A stretch of 44,852 bases of DNA from the sequence record PZ239914.1; one strand, 5' to 3'. The translations under genes were made by a program, and so were the position numbers. Origin of the DNA: a phage. The notes under the pieces are model-generated. The model was given only the letters and a program-made list of their open reading frames with translations. It made no database searches and was not told the DNA's origin. Numbering within the stretch: the stretch's first letter is position 1; every line of letters starts with the position of its first letter. Shown piece after piece: positions 17,396-27,185 of this stretch.

Positions 17396-17988
17396 TATTT
17401 CACCTTAGAATTGATTTCTGCCGCTACGACGCGAACAATCCCAGCGGGCGCTTGTTTACTCCAGCCATACTCCAGCCGCTGCGCGTACGGCACATTGTTC
17501 GTAAACCAGATCGACCCGTATTCACCGGAATCGTAATGCGCCAGCACTTCACGCCCTGCGGCTAGTGTTGCCGTTCCAGCCTTGTCCACTCGGTCAATAG
17601 CGCCGACAGCCGGGCGGTCGAACGTCACCTGCCAGTTCCCCCGGAAGCGCCCACCGGTGTAATTCTTCGCAGCCCAGCCACGCTGGCGGAACGTGACGTT
17701 GCCGTTTTTAGTTTTAAATGAGATGAGCACACTGGCGTGCTTCTTCTGCCCGCGCTTCAGTTTGCCGCCATTCTTGCGGCGCTGTGCGGCGTTCACCTTG
17801 TTCGCGTGCTGGCGGGCCATCGCATAAGCCTTGTTAATCTTCCACCGGCGAGGGTCGCCCACCGGGGAGACCTCGATCAGGCGTCCGAGTATTTGCATCC
17901 CGTACGCCCGCACCGCCTTGTCGTTGTTCTCCTTCGTCTTATCCACCCACGTAGCAATAGTGGCGGCGAATGAGTAGACTTCAGCCAC
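17395..17988 (-). CDS. tail completion protein (lambda Z position)
   Basis: 197 aa; synteny only. Confidence 0.45.
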   Translation of the reverse strand: MAEVYSFAATIATWVDKTKENNDKAVRAYGMQILGRLIEVSPVGDPRRWKINKAYAMARQHANKVNAAQRRKNGGKLKRGQKKHASVLISFKTKNGNVTFRQRGWAAKNYTGGRFRGNWQVTFDRPAVGAIDRVDKAGTATLAAGREVLAHYDSGEYGSIWFTNNVPYAQRLEYGWSKQAPAGIVRVVAAEINSKVK

Positions 17989-17989
17989 G

Positions 17990-18343
17990 TTAGCCCCTTA
18001 GCTGTAGTTGAAACAGCATGGTCGTGCCTGCCGGTTGCAGTGGGTTAGGATTGACGACCCGGTAGTCAGCACCGTTCAGGTTAACCAGGTCGCCCACCCG
18101 CAATTGCTCAACCGCCCGACATAAAAACTTCACATCACCGGCAACGATACGCGTTCCGTCGATCTCGCTCGGCTTGTACTCCTCGCGAAGACCGATGACG
18201 TCAAACGAGGTCGGCGGGACGACCACTTCTTCACCGTCTACGCGGTCAACAGACCCAGGACGCGTCACCGTAACGGTCATGCCAAATTTTTTAATCAGCG
18301 GATTCACTTTCCGCTTTAATCCTGCGTAATTAAAGCCCGCCAT
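17990..18343 (-). CDS. head-tail joining protein (lambda FII-like size and position)
   Basis: 117 aa; synteny. Confidence 0.45.
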   Translation of the reverse strand: MAGFNYAGLKRKVNPLIKKFGMTVTVTRPGSVDRVDGEEVVVPPTSFDVIGLREEYKPSEIDGTRIVAGDVKFLCRAVEQLRVGDLVNLNGADYRVVNPNPLQPAGTTMLFQLQLRG

Positions 18344-18446
18344 CTTCTTCGCGCTCCTGTGCCGGTGGTTCGGGTTCTGGCTCCGGTTGTTCTGGTTGCC
18401 GTTTAGTGTTGGCGGCGATAATCGCCGCGAGTAATGCAGGATTCAT
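18330..18446 (-). CDS. possible small Pro/Glu-rich protein (about 38 aa)
   Basis: ATG at 18446 with AGGGGG upstream; MNPALLAAIIAANTKRQPEQPEPEPEPPAQEREEDGGL; stop overlaps the next ATG; below the ORF-track size cutoff. Confidence 0.25.
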   Translation of the reverse strand: MNPALLAAIIAANTKRQPEQPEPEPEPPAQEREEDGGL

Positions 18447-18447
18447 A

Positions 18448-18948
18448 TTACCCCCTGAATACGTCGAAATTGCCTGCGGCGTTGCCGCCGGAATCAACCC
18501 AGTGCCCTAACAAGCCATCCCACCACGGGAACGATACCCCGCTACCAATCGACGCTGGGTCGTATTCCATCGTGATCGGGCCAACCGTTTCGCGGATAGT
18601 CTCTTTACCATCGCCGACCGGAGAAATATCGATCTCGTCCGCCACCAACAACGCCAGCCGGTAAACAGCTTGCTCAACGGCAACGGGGATTGATGCAAAG
18701 TCTACGATTTGCCCGACGGGCACTACCGCCACGACTTCGGTTAGCGTGTCGCGCACCGGCTTCCCGTCCGATGGGTAGTTGATGCGGGGCCATGCGTCTA
18801 TGCCTGTCTGGTCCGCCTGTTCGCCGATCCAGTTGATGCCGTTAAGGAAGTCATTAACGATGGTAAGGTGTCGCGTTGCATCGCCCAGCGTAATTTCTAC
18901 GCCTCGCGCGGCGGCATAATCGACAAAGGTTTGCGGGTCGCCATACAT
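18448..18948 (-). CDS. head-tail connector/adaptor protein (by position)
   Basis: 166 aa from the ATG at 18948 (AGGAG RBS); first gene after the capsid terminator. Confidence 0.45.
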   Translation of the reverse strand: MYGDPQTFVDYAAARGVEITLGDATRHLTIVNDFLNGINWIGEQADQTGIDAWPRINYPSDGKPVRDTLTEVVAVVPVGQIVDFASIPVAVEQAVYRLALLVADEIDISPVGDGKETIRETVGPITMEYDPASIGSGVSFPWWDGLLGHWVDSGGNAAGNFDVFRG

Positions 18949-18962
18949 TGTATTAACTCCTA

Positions 18963-18988
18963 TAAAAAAGGCGGGCATAAGCCCGCCC
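18963..18988 (-). terminator. intrinsic terminator/attenuator after the major capsid gene
   Basis: Minus strand GGCGGGC-uuau-GCCCGCC followed by U6. Confidence 0.6.
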
Positions 18989-19006
18989 ATTTGGGATGTG
19001 CGCCCT

Positions 19007-20107
19007 TTAAGACGCGGTGGTCGCAGTCAGCGTAACCAGTACGCCAGCGGTTTCCTTGATGTGACGGGTAGGCACTGCCTGTGCGGCCTGGGTCTTACGA
19101 CGGCCTTTAGTATCGCCATCACCCACAGCGCCAACGTCCTGCACGGTTGCCGGTGCGTTGTCTACCTGGCCCTGGTCCAGTTCCCAGTTAGCGGAAGTGG
19201 TGATATCGTCCAGCTTGAACGAGCGGACGCCTTCGATCGGGGTACGCGCGGACGCCTTCAGACGGTAGCCTTTAACAGCCACGTTGAAGTCGAACTCGCC
19301 CTGCCACCAGCGCTCGATGTTCTCGTTACCGCCTTTCTCCTGCGCCAGCATATCGAGGCCGTTGGTGGTAACTGCAACCGCGCCAGGGACCAGACCCAGC
19401 ATGTTACCCGCCCCCATAGCATCGGCAGCGGCATCGGAGATAATGAAGCGACGGCCCAGGCCATCACCCATTACCTGGAGATCGCCAATTGCGAATACCT
19501 GTTCAGCGGAAGGGAGTGCCTGGTACGCAATGAAGTTTGCCCAGGTAACGCCGTCCATAAACCACGACTTAATCAAAGACGCCTGATCGCCGAACTTAGA
19601 AGCCGCCAGCGGGAAGTCTGCCAGGGTCGGGAAGGTACGACCGCCAACGCCGTCAACGCGCGCCGGTTGGGTGTATTTTGCCGCTGCGTTGCTTTCGATC
19701 GCCGCTTTACTTGCGCCGATACCCGCTTTTAGGTAATGCAGCATAATCGCTTGCGTGGCCTGTGCCGCAATCTCAGCCGCAACGCTGTTAACGTTGGTTT
19801 CGATCTTAGCCATCATAGCCTTAGTGATTGCCACCGGACCCACTTTCGCGGACAGGTTAACCGAGTTGGTCAGCATACGCGCCAGCACTTTAGCGGTTGC
19901 CGGAGTACCAACAGGGGCATATGCGTTACGGTCGGTAACAAGGTTGGCGATCAAGCCTACGGACATTTTTTCTACAACATCCTTCAGCACTTCACCAGTA
20001 CCGAGAACAACAGCGCCATTGGCGGCGGCGTTGAAAACGTTCAGGTTGTCGGGGATCATTTGCGTAACCGCGGTAACGAGTTTACGCTGGAACACTGTTA
20101 AAGACAT
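19007..20107 (-). CDS. major capsid protein
   Basis: 366 aa directly downstream of the scaffold gene and followed by a strong terminator. Confidence 0.7.
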   Translation of the reverse strand: MSLTVFQRKLVTAVTQMIPDNLNVFNAAANGAVVLGTGEVLKDVVEKMSVGLIANLVTDRNAYAPVGTPATAKVLARMLTNSVNLSAKVGPVAITKAMMAKIETNVNSVAAEIAAQATQAIMLHYLKAGIGASKAAIESNAAAKYTQPARVDGVGGRTFPTLADFPLAASKFGDQASLIKSWFMDGVTWANFIAYQALPSAEQVFAIGDLQVMGDGLGRRFIISDAAADAMGAGNMLGLVPGAVAVTTNGLDMLAQEKGGNENIERWWQGEFDFNVAVKGYRLKASARTPIEGVRSFKLDDITTSANWELDQGQVDNAPATVQDVGAVGDGDTKGRRKTQAAQAVPTRHIKETAGVLVTLTATTAS

Positions 20108-20204
20108 ATCGAAATCCTTTGAGTTGTGAGCATTCGCCCAGTGACGTTAATGTTACCTTAGATTTACGCGCTCGCAAAATTGCCCGCTTTCGCGGGCAAT
20201 CCGC

Positions 20205-20909
20205 TTACTCGTCGTCGCCCATCTTAGCGATGATTTCACCTGCCTGTTTCGTAAGGTCAGTGATACCGAAGCTGTGGCCCATAGTGATTTTCGACTTCAC
20301 ATCTTCGACAACCTGCGTCGGTTTGCTAGGCGCGCCACCGGCAGGCGTACCAGCCAGGACGGATGCAAAATCGGCGTTATTACGGAACTCTTTTTCAAGC
20401 TCTTCCATAGTCAGCGCGGACGGTTTGCCATCCTGCAAGACACGCACTTTCAAGCTGCCGTCTTCGCCGTCTTCCAGCGTCAGGCGGTCCATTACGTGGC
20501 GTTGCATGATGCCCGCATTCTTACCGAACAGCTTCGACGCCAGGTCTTTGGCAGCGCTGCCGATGGTGAGATCGTGGATCTGCTTGCGGTAGGCTTCGAT
20601 TTTCCCCGATGTGTCTGCTTCGTGTTTCGCAAACTTATCTTTCCAGGACTTATCGATCGCTTCGAGGTCGCCATTCTTGCGCGCGGCGGCTTCCTCTTTC
20701 TCTTTCGCAAGGCGCTCGGCTTCGGCGCGGCGTTCAGCTTCTGCTTTCTTCTCGCTCACCAGCTTCGCGTTATTGTCTTTCAGACCCTTAATTTCCGCCT
20801 GTACTTCTTCTGCGGTCATGAACGTGGATTTATACCCATCACCATCGGCAACAAATAAAGCCTTCATGCCTTCTGACAACGCGTCATATTCTGCTTTAGT
20901 AAGTTTCAT
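20205..20909 (-). CDS. scaffolding protein
   Basis: 234 aa from the ATG at 20909 (GGGGGA RBS); highly charged helical repeats (KKAEAERRAEAERLAKEKEEAAARK); upstream of the capsid gene. Confidence 0.65.
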   Translation of the reverse strand: MKLTKAEYDALSEGMKALFVADGDGYKSTFMTAEEVQAEIKGLKDNNAKLVSEKKAEAERRAEAERLAKEKEEAAARKNGDLEAIDKSWKDKFAKHEADTSGKIEAYRKQIHDLTIGSAAKDLASKLFGKNAGIMQRHVMDRLTLEDGEDGSLKVRVLQDGKPSALTMEELEKEFRNNADFASVLAGTPAGGAPSKPTQVVEDVKSKITMGHSFGITDLTKQAGEIIAKMGDDE

Positions 20910-20998
20910 GCTATCCCCCTGGGATTGTGGCAAAGCGGGCCACCCGCTTGACTTCACGCCTTAATATTATCAGCGATAAAAATAATCGCAAAATTCGC

Positions 20999-21028
20999 TT
21001 GCATTGCGGATGTTGGTTGCAGTATATT
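20999..21028 (+). promoter_or_regulatory. candidate sigma70-type promoter (TTGCAT-18-TATATT) with two TTGGTTGCA motifs
   Basis: AT-rich upstream tract at 20961-20998; motifs at 21012-21020 and 21026-21034; drives the plus genes at 21064-22182. Confidence 0.45.
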
Positions 21029-21063
21029 GGTTGCACACCAACAGAGATATGAAGGAAAACAAA

Positions 21064-21378
21064 ATGACTAACATGACCGTAGCAACTCCAGTAGACGCCG
21101 CAATGGCCCGTTTCAATAAAGCTACCGTAGCGAATACCTTTACCTTTCACGCAATGCGTAACGCGGAAGCGCTGAATCTGTGCCAGAGCATGAATGCTTC
21201 TGAAGCGGCAAAAGCGGCGGTCAACTCCGCGACATTCGATAATCCGGCTTGCGGCCTGGTTCCGGCATCTTTCATAAACGCCCTGGTCGAAGCCTTTAAC
21301 GATTTCATGTGCGTCGATGCCGTTGAAGCTGTATGTGCCCGCTTAACTTCCACCGGTGGCAACATCAAATTCAATTAA
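21064..21378 (+). CDS. hypothetical protein (104 aa), embedded island gene 1
   Basis: ATG with GAAGGA RBS; Ala-rich; opposite strand to the surrounding structural genes. Confidence 0.55.
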   Translation: MTNMTVATPVDAAMARFNKATVANTFTFHAMRNAEALNLCQSMNASEAAKAAVNSATFDNPACGLVPASFINALVEAFNDFMCVDAVEAVCARLTSTGGNIKFN

Positions 21379-21417
21379 ACCAATCGGGGCGAAAGCCCCT
21401 AAAATGAGGACATAAAA

Positions 21418-22182
21418 ATGAGACTGACGAAAGACATTAAAAATCAGATTCTGGCTAACATCCTGCGCGACCATGAAATCGCTGTCGAAGCCAAATCCAT
21501 CATGATGGACTCTCGCGACCTTGCGTACGCCATTACGCTGGACTGTATGCCGGAAGGCATTCGCACGTTCGCAGCGCTCCGCGAGCATATCAAGGCAATC
21601 CGCGATGACCAGTCGCTGATGTACGGCGTCAGCGTCTACACCAACAAGGCGACGTATAGCTATAACACAGACCGCCCGAAAGGTATCGGCAGCGTTTACG
21701 ACGCCTCTTTCGAAATAAACGCAGGCGGCAATGTTCGCACCTTGTCATTGAGCGGCGATGGGCGACAAAACCGCGTACGTCGCGGATACTGGGACATCAA
21801 ATACATGAACAAGCTCGCGCCTGACCTCGGCGATATTGTACCCGGATACGAAGAAGAGATGCTCGCGTCAGTGTGTGAATTGGACGAGGACGGGAAAGCG
21901 CTGCCGATATATCTTCCGCGCGGTCGAGTAGACTACCCTGCGGACCATGATTTCTGTAAGCGCCTGGACCGTAACGACAAGGCCCGCCGCGAGTTGCGAG
22001 CTAAGTATGACGCGTTCAAACTAACCGTTACCGGCGTGCTGGATATGCACAATACCGATAAGAAGCTGATCAAGGCGTGGCCTGAAGTGGAACAGTTCAT
22101 TCCGCACCCTGACAAGCCGAAGTCCACGGCGGTGGCGCCGGACGTGAAGACGTTAAACGAGATTTGCGGTATTCCGCGCTAA
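21418..22182 (+). CDS. hypothetical protein (254 aa), embedded island gene 2
   Basis: ATG with GAGGA RBS; followed by a terminator hairpin; no recognised motif. Confidence 0.6.
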   Translation: MRLTKDIKNQILANILRDHEIAVEAKSIMMDSRDLAYAITLDCMPEGIRTFAALREHIKAIRDDQSLMYGVSVYTNKATYSYNTDRPKGIGSVYDASFEINAGGNVRTLSLSGDGRQNRVRRGYWDIKYMNKLAPDLGDIVPGYEEEMLASVCELDEDGKALPIYLPRGRVDYPADHDFCKRLDRNDKARRELRAKYDAFKLTVTGVLDMHNTDKKLIKAWPEVEQFIPHPDKPKSTAVAPDVKTLNEICGIPR

Positions 22183-22184
22183 CG

Positions 22185-22212
22185 AAAAGGGGGCCATTAC
22201 GGCCCCCGAATT
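22185..22212. terminator. bidirectional terminator between the island and the spanin genes
   Basis: GGGGGCC-attac-GGCCCCC hairpin flanked by A-rich and T-rich tracts. Confidence 0.55.
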
Positions 22213-22427
22213 ATTTGCTGCAACTCCAGGACCTGCGCCCTCAGCTTCGCCCCGCATTCCATATTTTTCACGTCAATCATCAAATCCTCGTCGGGGTCTG
22301 CGGACGGGTTATCGAACTTGCACGGCGGTCGCAGTGCCGACTCCGTTAGCGGCATCAACGGCACGTTGCTTGATCCGCACGCGCTCAGCATCAAAACTAC
22401 AATCAGGACGGTTAGGACGCGTAACAT
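22197..22427 (-). CDS. o-spanin (Rz1-like outer membrane lipoprotein)
   Basis: Signal peptide with lipobox L-S-A-C; Pro-rich mature part; overlaps the 3' end of the i-spanin ORF in another frame. Confidence 0.65.
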   Translation of the reverse strand: MLRVLTVLIVVLMLSACGSSNVPLMPLTESALRPPCKFDNPSADPDEDLMIDVKNMECGAKLRAQVLELQQIIRGP

Positions 22428-22638
22428 ATTTTACAACCTCTTTCGTGATAGTCCTGTATTCCACGTCGCGTGCCTGTTCGGCCTGCACAGACCCCTCGAC
22501 GACCTTAGTTTGCTGCCGTTGGGCTTTCGCTTGCGCTTCTTGCGCCGCTCTCGCCTCAACGCCTGCGCGGTAGGAATCACCCTGCCAGAATCCAACCGCC
22601 AGACCTATAACCAGTCCGATCGCCGCGTATTTAATCAC
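22309..22638 (-). CDS. i-spanin (Rz-like)
   Basis: Probable GTG start at 22638 with AGGGGG RBS; N-terminal TM helix KYAAIGLVIGLAVGFW then a charged helical periplasmic domain. Confidence 0.6.
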   Translation of the reverse strand: MIKYAAIGLVIGLAVGFWQGDSYRAGVEARAAQEAQAKAQRQQTKVVEGSVQAEQARDVEYRTITKEVVKYVTRPNRPDCSFDAERVRIKQRAVDAANGVGTATAVQVR

Positions 22639-23734
22639 GCCATAGCCCCCTGTTTTTAAGCTGCGCAATAGTCATTAGTTCGCCCGTATCGGTGAACATC
22701 TTCGGCACTTTCACGCCTCGCATAATCTGGTCTGCGCGCTGCACCCCATATAATTCCTCCAGAATATGGCGCGGCTGGCGCTGCACCCAGGAGAAGAAAT
22801 CAGTCTGCGCGTCGACCTGCTCACTCAGCAATCGGCCCGCGTCAGCCTTCAGTGCCGGACGCTTACCACTGGGCCAATCTTCCATACCTTTGACTTTCCA
22901 CGTCTCCGTCGAACGGCAGCAATAATGCAGCTTGCCCGGACCAGCGCCATATTGTGACCCCGCCACCACTTTTCCGCCGCGCTTCCCTTTTGTATCGGGA
23001 GTAACATCAACCGGATAAAACAGGCGATCGCGTAGCTGGCACATGGGAGAAGTATGCGTGTCCAATGTAGCCAACCATTGGCGACCTTCGAGAATATCGT
23101 CATTAGCTTTTACCATTAATTCGCGGGCGGTTGCCGCATAGTGGTTGACCGCGGACTTAACAACGCTTGAGATTGCTTGCGCACTACGACCGCCTAGCGC
23201 GCGCCTCACGTCCGCAATAATTTCCATAGTCGGCTTGCCCTGAATGAATCCAGCGCGCACCTGATTCCCGATCTGCGTCCGGGTCCACTCCGAAAGTGAA
23301 TCGGGCCACTGCATCATGGTGTTACCCTGGAACGGGTTTTTCATTGCAGTCGCTGCAATCTGCGCGCCGGTCACAACGCCCACTACTTCGACCGCGGGCA
23401 CGGCGACCGCGGGCTGGATCGCCGCCGTTAATGTGTCGGCGAGATAATCAGCCTCGGTGTCGGCGAACTCCTGGAGGCTTTCAGCCAGCACCTTAAACTC
23501 GGTGCGCAGTTCCGTTTTGACGGTCTTGTCGAGTTGCGTTAAAAGTGTGGTAAGTGCCTTGTTGCTCATGGACTTTTTACCATCAAGTAACTCGGTCAAC
23601 TTACCCAGTAAAGCGGGCCGGAACTTCTCCCACATAGCCAGCACCATTCGCGCCTGGTCATTGCTCAGGCGCTGGGTGAAGATGTGACGGCGAATCATTC
23701 GATCCGCCAAATATTGATTAATTGTCTTCGCCAT
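22631..23734 (-). CDS. head morphogenesis / minor capsid protein (Mu F, SPP1 gp7-like position)
   Basis: 367 aa directly downstream of the portal gene. Confidence 0.6.
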   Translation of the reverse strand: MAKTINQYLADRMIRRHIFTQRLSNDQARMVLAMWEKFRPALLGKLTELLDGKKSMSNKALTTLLTQLDKTVKTELRTEFKVLAESLQEFADTEADYLADTLTAAIQPAVAVPAVEVVGVVTGAQIAATAMKNPFQGNTMMQWPDSLSEWTRTQIGNQVRAGFIQGKPTMEIIADVRRALGGRSAQAISSVVKSAVNHYAATARELMVKANDDILEGRQWLATLDTHTSPMCQLRDRLFYPVDVTPDTKGKRGGKVVAGSQYGAGPGKLHYCCRSTETWKVKGMEDWPSGKRPALKADAGRLLSEQVDAQTDFFSWVQRQPRHILEELYGVQRADQIMRGVKVPKMFTDTGELMTIAQLKNRGLWRD

Positions 23735-25238
23735 TGTCCGCTACCTTGTCCGGGTCTTCTTCGGTAGATTCTACCGCATCAGGGGACATTTGAGGCAATG
23801 GATTCTGATTTCGCAATTCGTCTTCCACCTGCTCGACGGTTTGCGAGTCGTCGATGACGCCCTGCGCCATCATCCACTTGATGAAGTCAGCCAGGCGGAC
23901 CGTGCCGGTCTGCACCCCCGACATCATCGCGGTCATAAGCTGCGCATCAACCGTGATTTCGGTGTAGAACTTGTTCAGCGTTACGCGCTGGTCGGCGGTG
24001 TCGCCCGTGAATAGCTGGACGATTTGCAGCGCACGGTTGAAAGCCTTCTCAACGTTACCGGCAATAAGCGACAGAATACTGTTATCAGTCTGCGCATCGT
24101 AGGCCGCCTCGGTTGCCGTCTTAGGTGCGGTCCCCTTCTCGACCAGGGCCGCGCCCAGTTTAGCCATTTGCAATTCGCGACGCTCACACAGTGCAACCGA
24201 CAAGTTGCGCTCCTCCGCCTGGATCAGTTTGGCGTCCATGTTCTGGCCCAGGATAACGCCCTTAGTCGCTCCGAGCGCGATGCCGCCTTTCAGGTTTTTG
24301 TCCGCCCATGATTGAGTCAAGCCAGTTGCCACCAGGGTAGGTTGGCCCACGATGTGCGCAATCTCGGCGACGTCCGCTTCGGCGTTGTAGTGCTTAATGT
24401 TGATGGATGCGATATCAGCCAGCGGGGCGGCGTCAGGCGTCGCGTTGTTATCCACCGCCCCACACCAGCAAAACGGAAGTTGAGTCAGTGCATTACCGGA
24501 GGCATCCACCAGCGGAACAAGGTCGGTGCGGGTGAATCCACGCGGCAAGTCCATTTGCACCTCGGACGTGTCGGCGTTGTAGTACCAGCGGCGGGCGTGT
24601 GCTGCACCGTTAATCATGCGAAGCTCGGTCCAGATTGTTACTTCGTGGTTTGCGAAGTCGTCCGGGTCTTCGGTGCTGATTTCATCCGTCTCCTTCAGCA
24701 CAATTAGCGTATCGACGCCGTGGGTCTGCCGCCAGTTGATGATCTGTTCTGCCGTATACAGGCGGATAAGCGGGCGGTGTGACGCCATCTCGGCGGCTGT
24801 CTGCGGAACTACGTTACCCAGTTCATCAAAATGCGCCTGGCGATCGTAGTCCACCATAAAGCCCGCACGGCCTGATTGCAGCACTTCCGACATAGCACCG
24901 CGAAGGAGTTGCGGCAGCGGCATGCCGCTGCCGTCTACGTCGTCAATCAGGTCAGCCATCGCCCCGGAAAGGTCAAGGCTTACCGGTTTAGCAAAGGCAA
25001 CGCCTAACAGTGCGTTAAGTGTGCGGGCGGTGGCGTTCAGGAATACAGCGCGTTGCTTGTACGCCTTATACCGCGCCCGTGCTTTCGGGTCAGTATTGTC
25101 GCCACTGGCAGGATGCGGCAGGTACAAGGGGCCGCACGCCTTAACGGCGCGCTCCCCTGCTACACAGTCACGGATCATTTTCCACTCTGGCGCGATTCGC
25201 GCATAGAGTGGGTGCTGGTTGTCAACGTTAACGGTCAT
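23718..25238 (-). CDS. portal protein
   Basis: 506 aa directly downstream of the large terminase; acidic C-terminus. Confidence 0.8.
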   Translation of the reverse strand: MTVNVDNQHPLYARIAPEWKMIRDCVAGERAVKACGPLYLPHPASGDNTDPKARARYKAYKQRAVFLNATARTLNALLGVAFAKPVSLDLSGAMADLIDDVDGSGMPLPQLLRGAMSEVLQSGRAGFMVDYDRQAHFDELGNVVPQTAAEMASHRPLIRLYTAEQIINWRQTHGVDTLIVLKETDEISTEDPDDFANHEVTIWTELRMINGAAHARRWYYNADTSEVQMDLPRGFTRTDLVPLVDASGNALTQLPFCWCGAVDNNATPDAAPLADIASINIKHYNAEADVAEIAHIVGQPTLVATGLTQSWADKNLKGGIALGATKGVILGQNMDAKLIQAEERNLSVALCERRELQMAKLGAALVEKGTAPKTATEAAYDAQTDNSILSLIAGNVEKAFNRALQIVQLFTGDTADQRVTLNKFYTEITVDAQLMTAMMSGVQTGTVRLADFIKWMMAQGVIDDSQTVEQVEDELRNQNPLPQMSPDAVESTEEDPDKVADNGEDN

Positions 25239-25248
25239 GGTCGTTTCC

Positions 25249-26634
25249 TTAGTAGAAGTCTACAGTTGGAACAACGGCGATTGGGCGAATCACTGGGAAC
25301 AGGTGCGCAATTGGATAGCCCGCGGCATCGTTCATGTGGTCCACACCGGCGGTTTTATCCGGCTCGCCTTTCTTCAGGTCGTAAACCTGCTGTTCCAGAC
25401 ATTTCGCTAGTGTAGGGCATTTATCCAGGTTGACAAAATACTGGCGCACACCCTTCGAGTTGCACATCATCGTATTCATCGCGATCAATCGGTCTTTCAC
25501 AGGAGGGTTAACGCTGTCGTACTCCACCTCGAAGCCCGCGTCTTCCAGTTGCGCGATATCGGACGACGACGCGTTGACCGTCTTGCGGGATTTGCCACTG
25601 CTATCCGGGTAAACGACGACCCTACCGGCGGCACAATGTTCCGGGTAGCGCTCTTCGATCGCCTCAATCATAGCCGGGGTGTCAAACAGGTCCACAAATT
25701 CATCCACCGCGTGAATCTCGTCTCGGAACTCCTTGTTCTCGGTTACTCGCTGCCGTCTGACGTACACAACCGCCGCCATCTTCGTGACGTTAAAGTCCAT
25801 ACCGATAATCAGCGTGTCTTCCGGCTGCACTTCTTCGGTGCTGGCGTTCTCCTCACGGTTGAACATCTTGTATACTGCGCCCGACGTAAGGTTAACAAAC
25901 ATGCCGTTAAGGTACGCATCAATCAGGTTAGCCGGGTACTGGCTGCGCAGCGTGTCGATGAAGTCTGCCGGTAGGTGGTGGTTGTCGGTGGTCTTCGCCC
26001 GGATCAAACGTTTTTGGCTATCCTTCTCCACTTCGAAAATTTGGTACATCGCCCGGAAGCCTTCAGGCGTGGACACGATGACGAACTGGCGTACAAAGCC
26101 CGCACGCAGACGACCGAGCAATTTGTGATATGCCGCCATTGCGACGTCTTGTTTCGTGGTATCGAACTCGTCGGCGACAATCCACGCGGCGTTGACCCCG
26201 ATTAGGCGGGTATAGTTCTCCATTGATTCACAGATAACGCGGGTCCATTTGCCTTTCACAAGCACGTTATAGATCTTGTCCTGCTTATTGAACTTCCACC
26301 GGAAGCCCGCCTCGTCAAACGCCTTTTCCAATTCCGGATACATGATTTTAACCAGGAGTGGGATGGTCGGCTCGGTCACGATGCCGTCATGGCCCGGGTT
26401 CAGGGTTAAAAGCTGGATGACCTTACGCGCTGCGACCCACGACTTTCCACCACCGAAGCCGGAACACAGGCCGAGGATTTTAGTCTTTGTGTCGCGCAGT
26501 AGTTCGACCTGGTGCGGTAGGCAATCAGGCTGGTAAAGACGCACCGCCTGCGCAACGCGTGTCGGGCGTGGTGGTCGGTTGCGCTTTGCGATCGCGCGTT
26601 CCAGTGCGCGGTGTTCTGCCGCATAGTTACGCAT
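25249..26634 (-). CDS. terminase large subunit
   Basis: P-loop LGLCSGFGGGKSWVAARK, acidic Walker-B-like ADEFD, C-terminal nuclease-like region. Confidence 0.9.
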   Translation of the reverse strand: MRNYAAEHRALERAIAKRNRPPRPTRVAQAVRLYQPDCLPHQVELLRDTKTKILGLCSGFGGGKSWVAARKVIQLLTLNPGHDGIVTEPTIPLLVKIMYPELEKAFDEAGFRWKFNKQDKIYNVLVKGKWTRVICESMENYTRLIGVNAAWIVADEFDTTKQDVAMAAYHKLLGRLRAGFVRQFVIVSTPEGFRAMYQIFEVEKDSQKRLIRAKTTDNHHLPADFIDTLRSQYPANLIDAYLNGMFVNLTSGAVYKMFNREENASTEEVQPEDTLIIGMDFNVTKMAAVVYVRRQRVTENKEFRDEIHAVDEFVDLFDTPAMIEAIEERYPEHCAAGRVVVYPDSSGKSRKTVNASSSDIAQLEDAGFEVEYDSVNPPVKDRLIAMNTMMCNSKGVRQYFVNLDKCPTLAKCLEQQVYDLKKGEPDKTAGVDHMNDAAGYPIAHLFPVIRPIAVVPTVDFY

Positions 26635-27185
26635 TATTCGCCCTGGCCTTTGCCGGTAGGTTCCACAACGACGTCGCCGTTATCATCTTCGTCGTCATCC
26701 AGCGGCACATCGTCCCGGACGCCGTGGTTGGCTTTAAGCAGGAACGTAGCGAAGCCTGCCGCGATGGTCACGCCGCCAGCTTCCATCAGGAAAGTTTTCT
26801 GCAACTCCATAGCGTCCGCCATCGCCTCGGCGAACTCCTCATGCGCACGCGCCCAGCGATACAGGCAAGCTACGCCCACGCCGATTTCCGCGGCAAATCG
26901 ACCGAAGGTTGGCATTTTGTTGCGGGGGATTACTTGCGCAGCGCCTTTATCGGAGTAGTTTACCTGCCAGGCGTCGGCATCGGCAAAATAGCGGCGAAGC
27001 TGGTCGCAGTAAACGGATCGGTAGTCAGTAGGGCGTCCACATTTGCCGCCTTTACGGCGCTTTCCGTACTCGATTTCAGGTCCGAGATTGGTATGCTCGG
27101 TTTGCTCGCCTGGTTTACGGCGCGGGGTAACTGCCACTCGTCCGTCCAGTTTAGCGCGACGGCCCTTAACTTTGATTTCTGCCAT
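26634..27185 (-). CDS. terminase small subunit (alternative start at 27206)
   Basis: HTH-like PTFGRFAAEIGVGVACLYRWARA; acidic C-terminal tail; stop overlaps the TerL start. Confidence 0.6.
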   Translation of the reverse strand: MAEIKVKGRRAKLDGRVAVTPRRKPGEQTEHTNLGPEIEYGKRRKGGKCGRPTDYRSVYCDQLRRYFADADAWQVNYSDKGAAQVIPRNKMPTFGRFAAEIGVGVACLYRWARAHEEFAEAMADAMELQKTFLMEAGGVTIAAGFATFLLKANHGVRDDVPLDDDEDDNGDVVVEPTGKGQGE

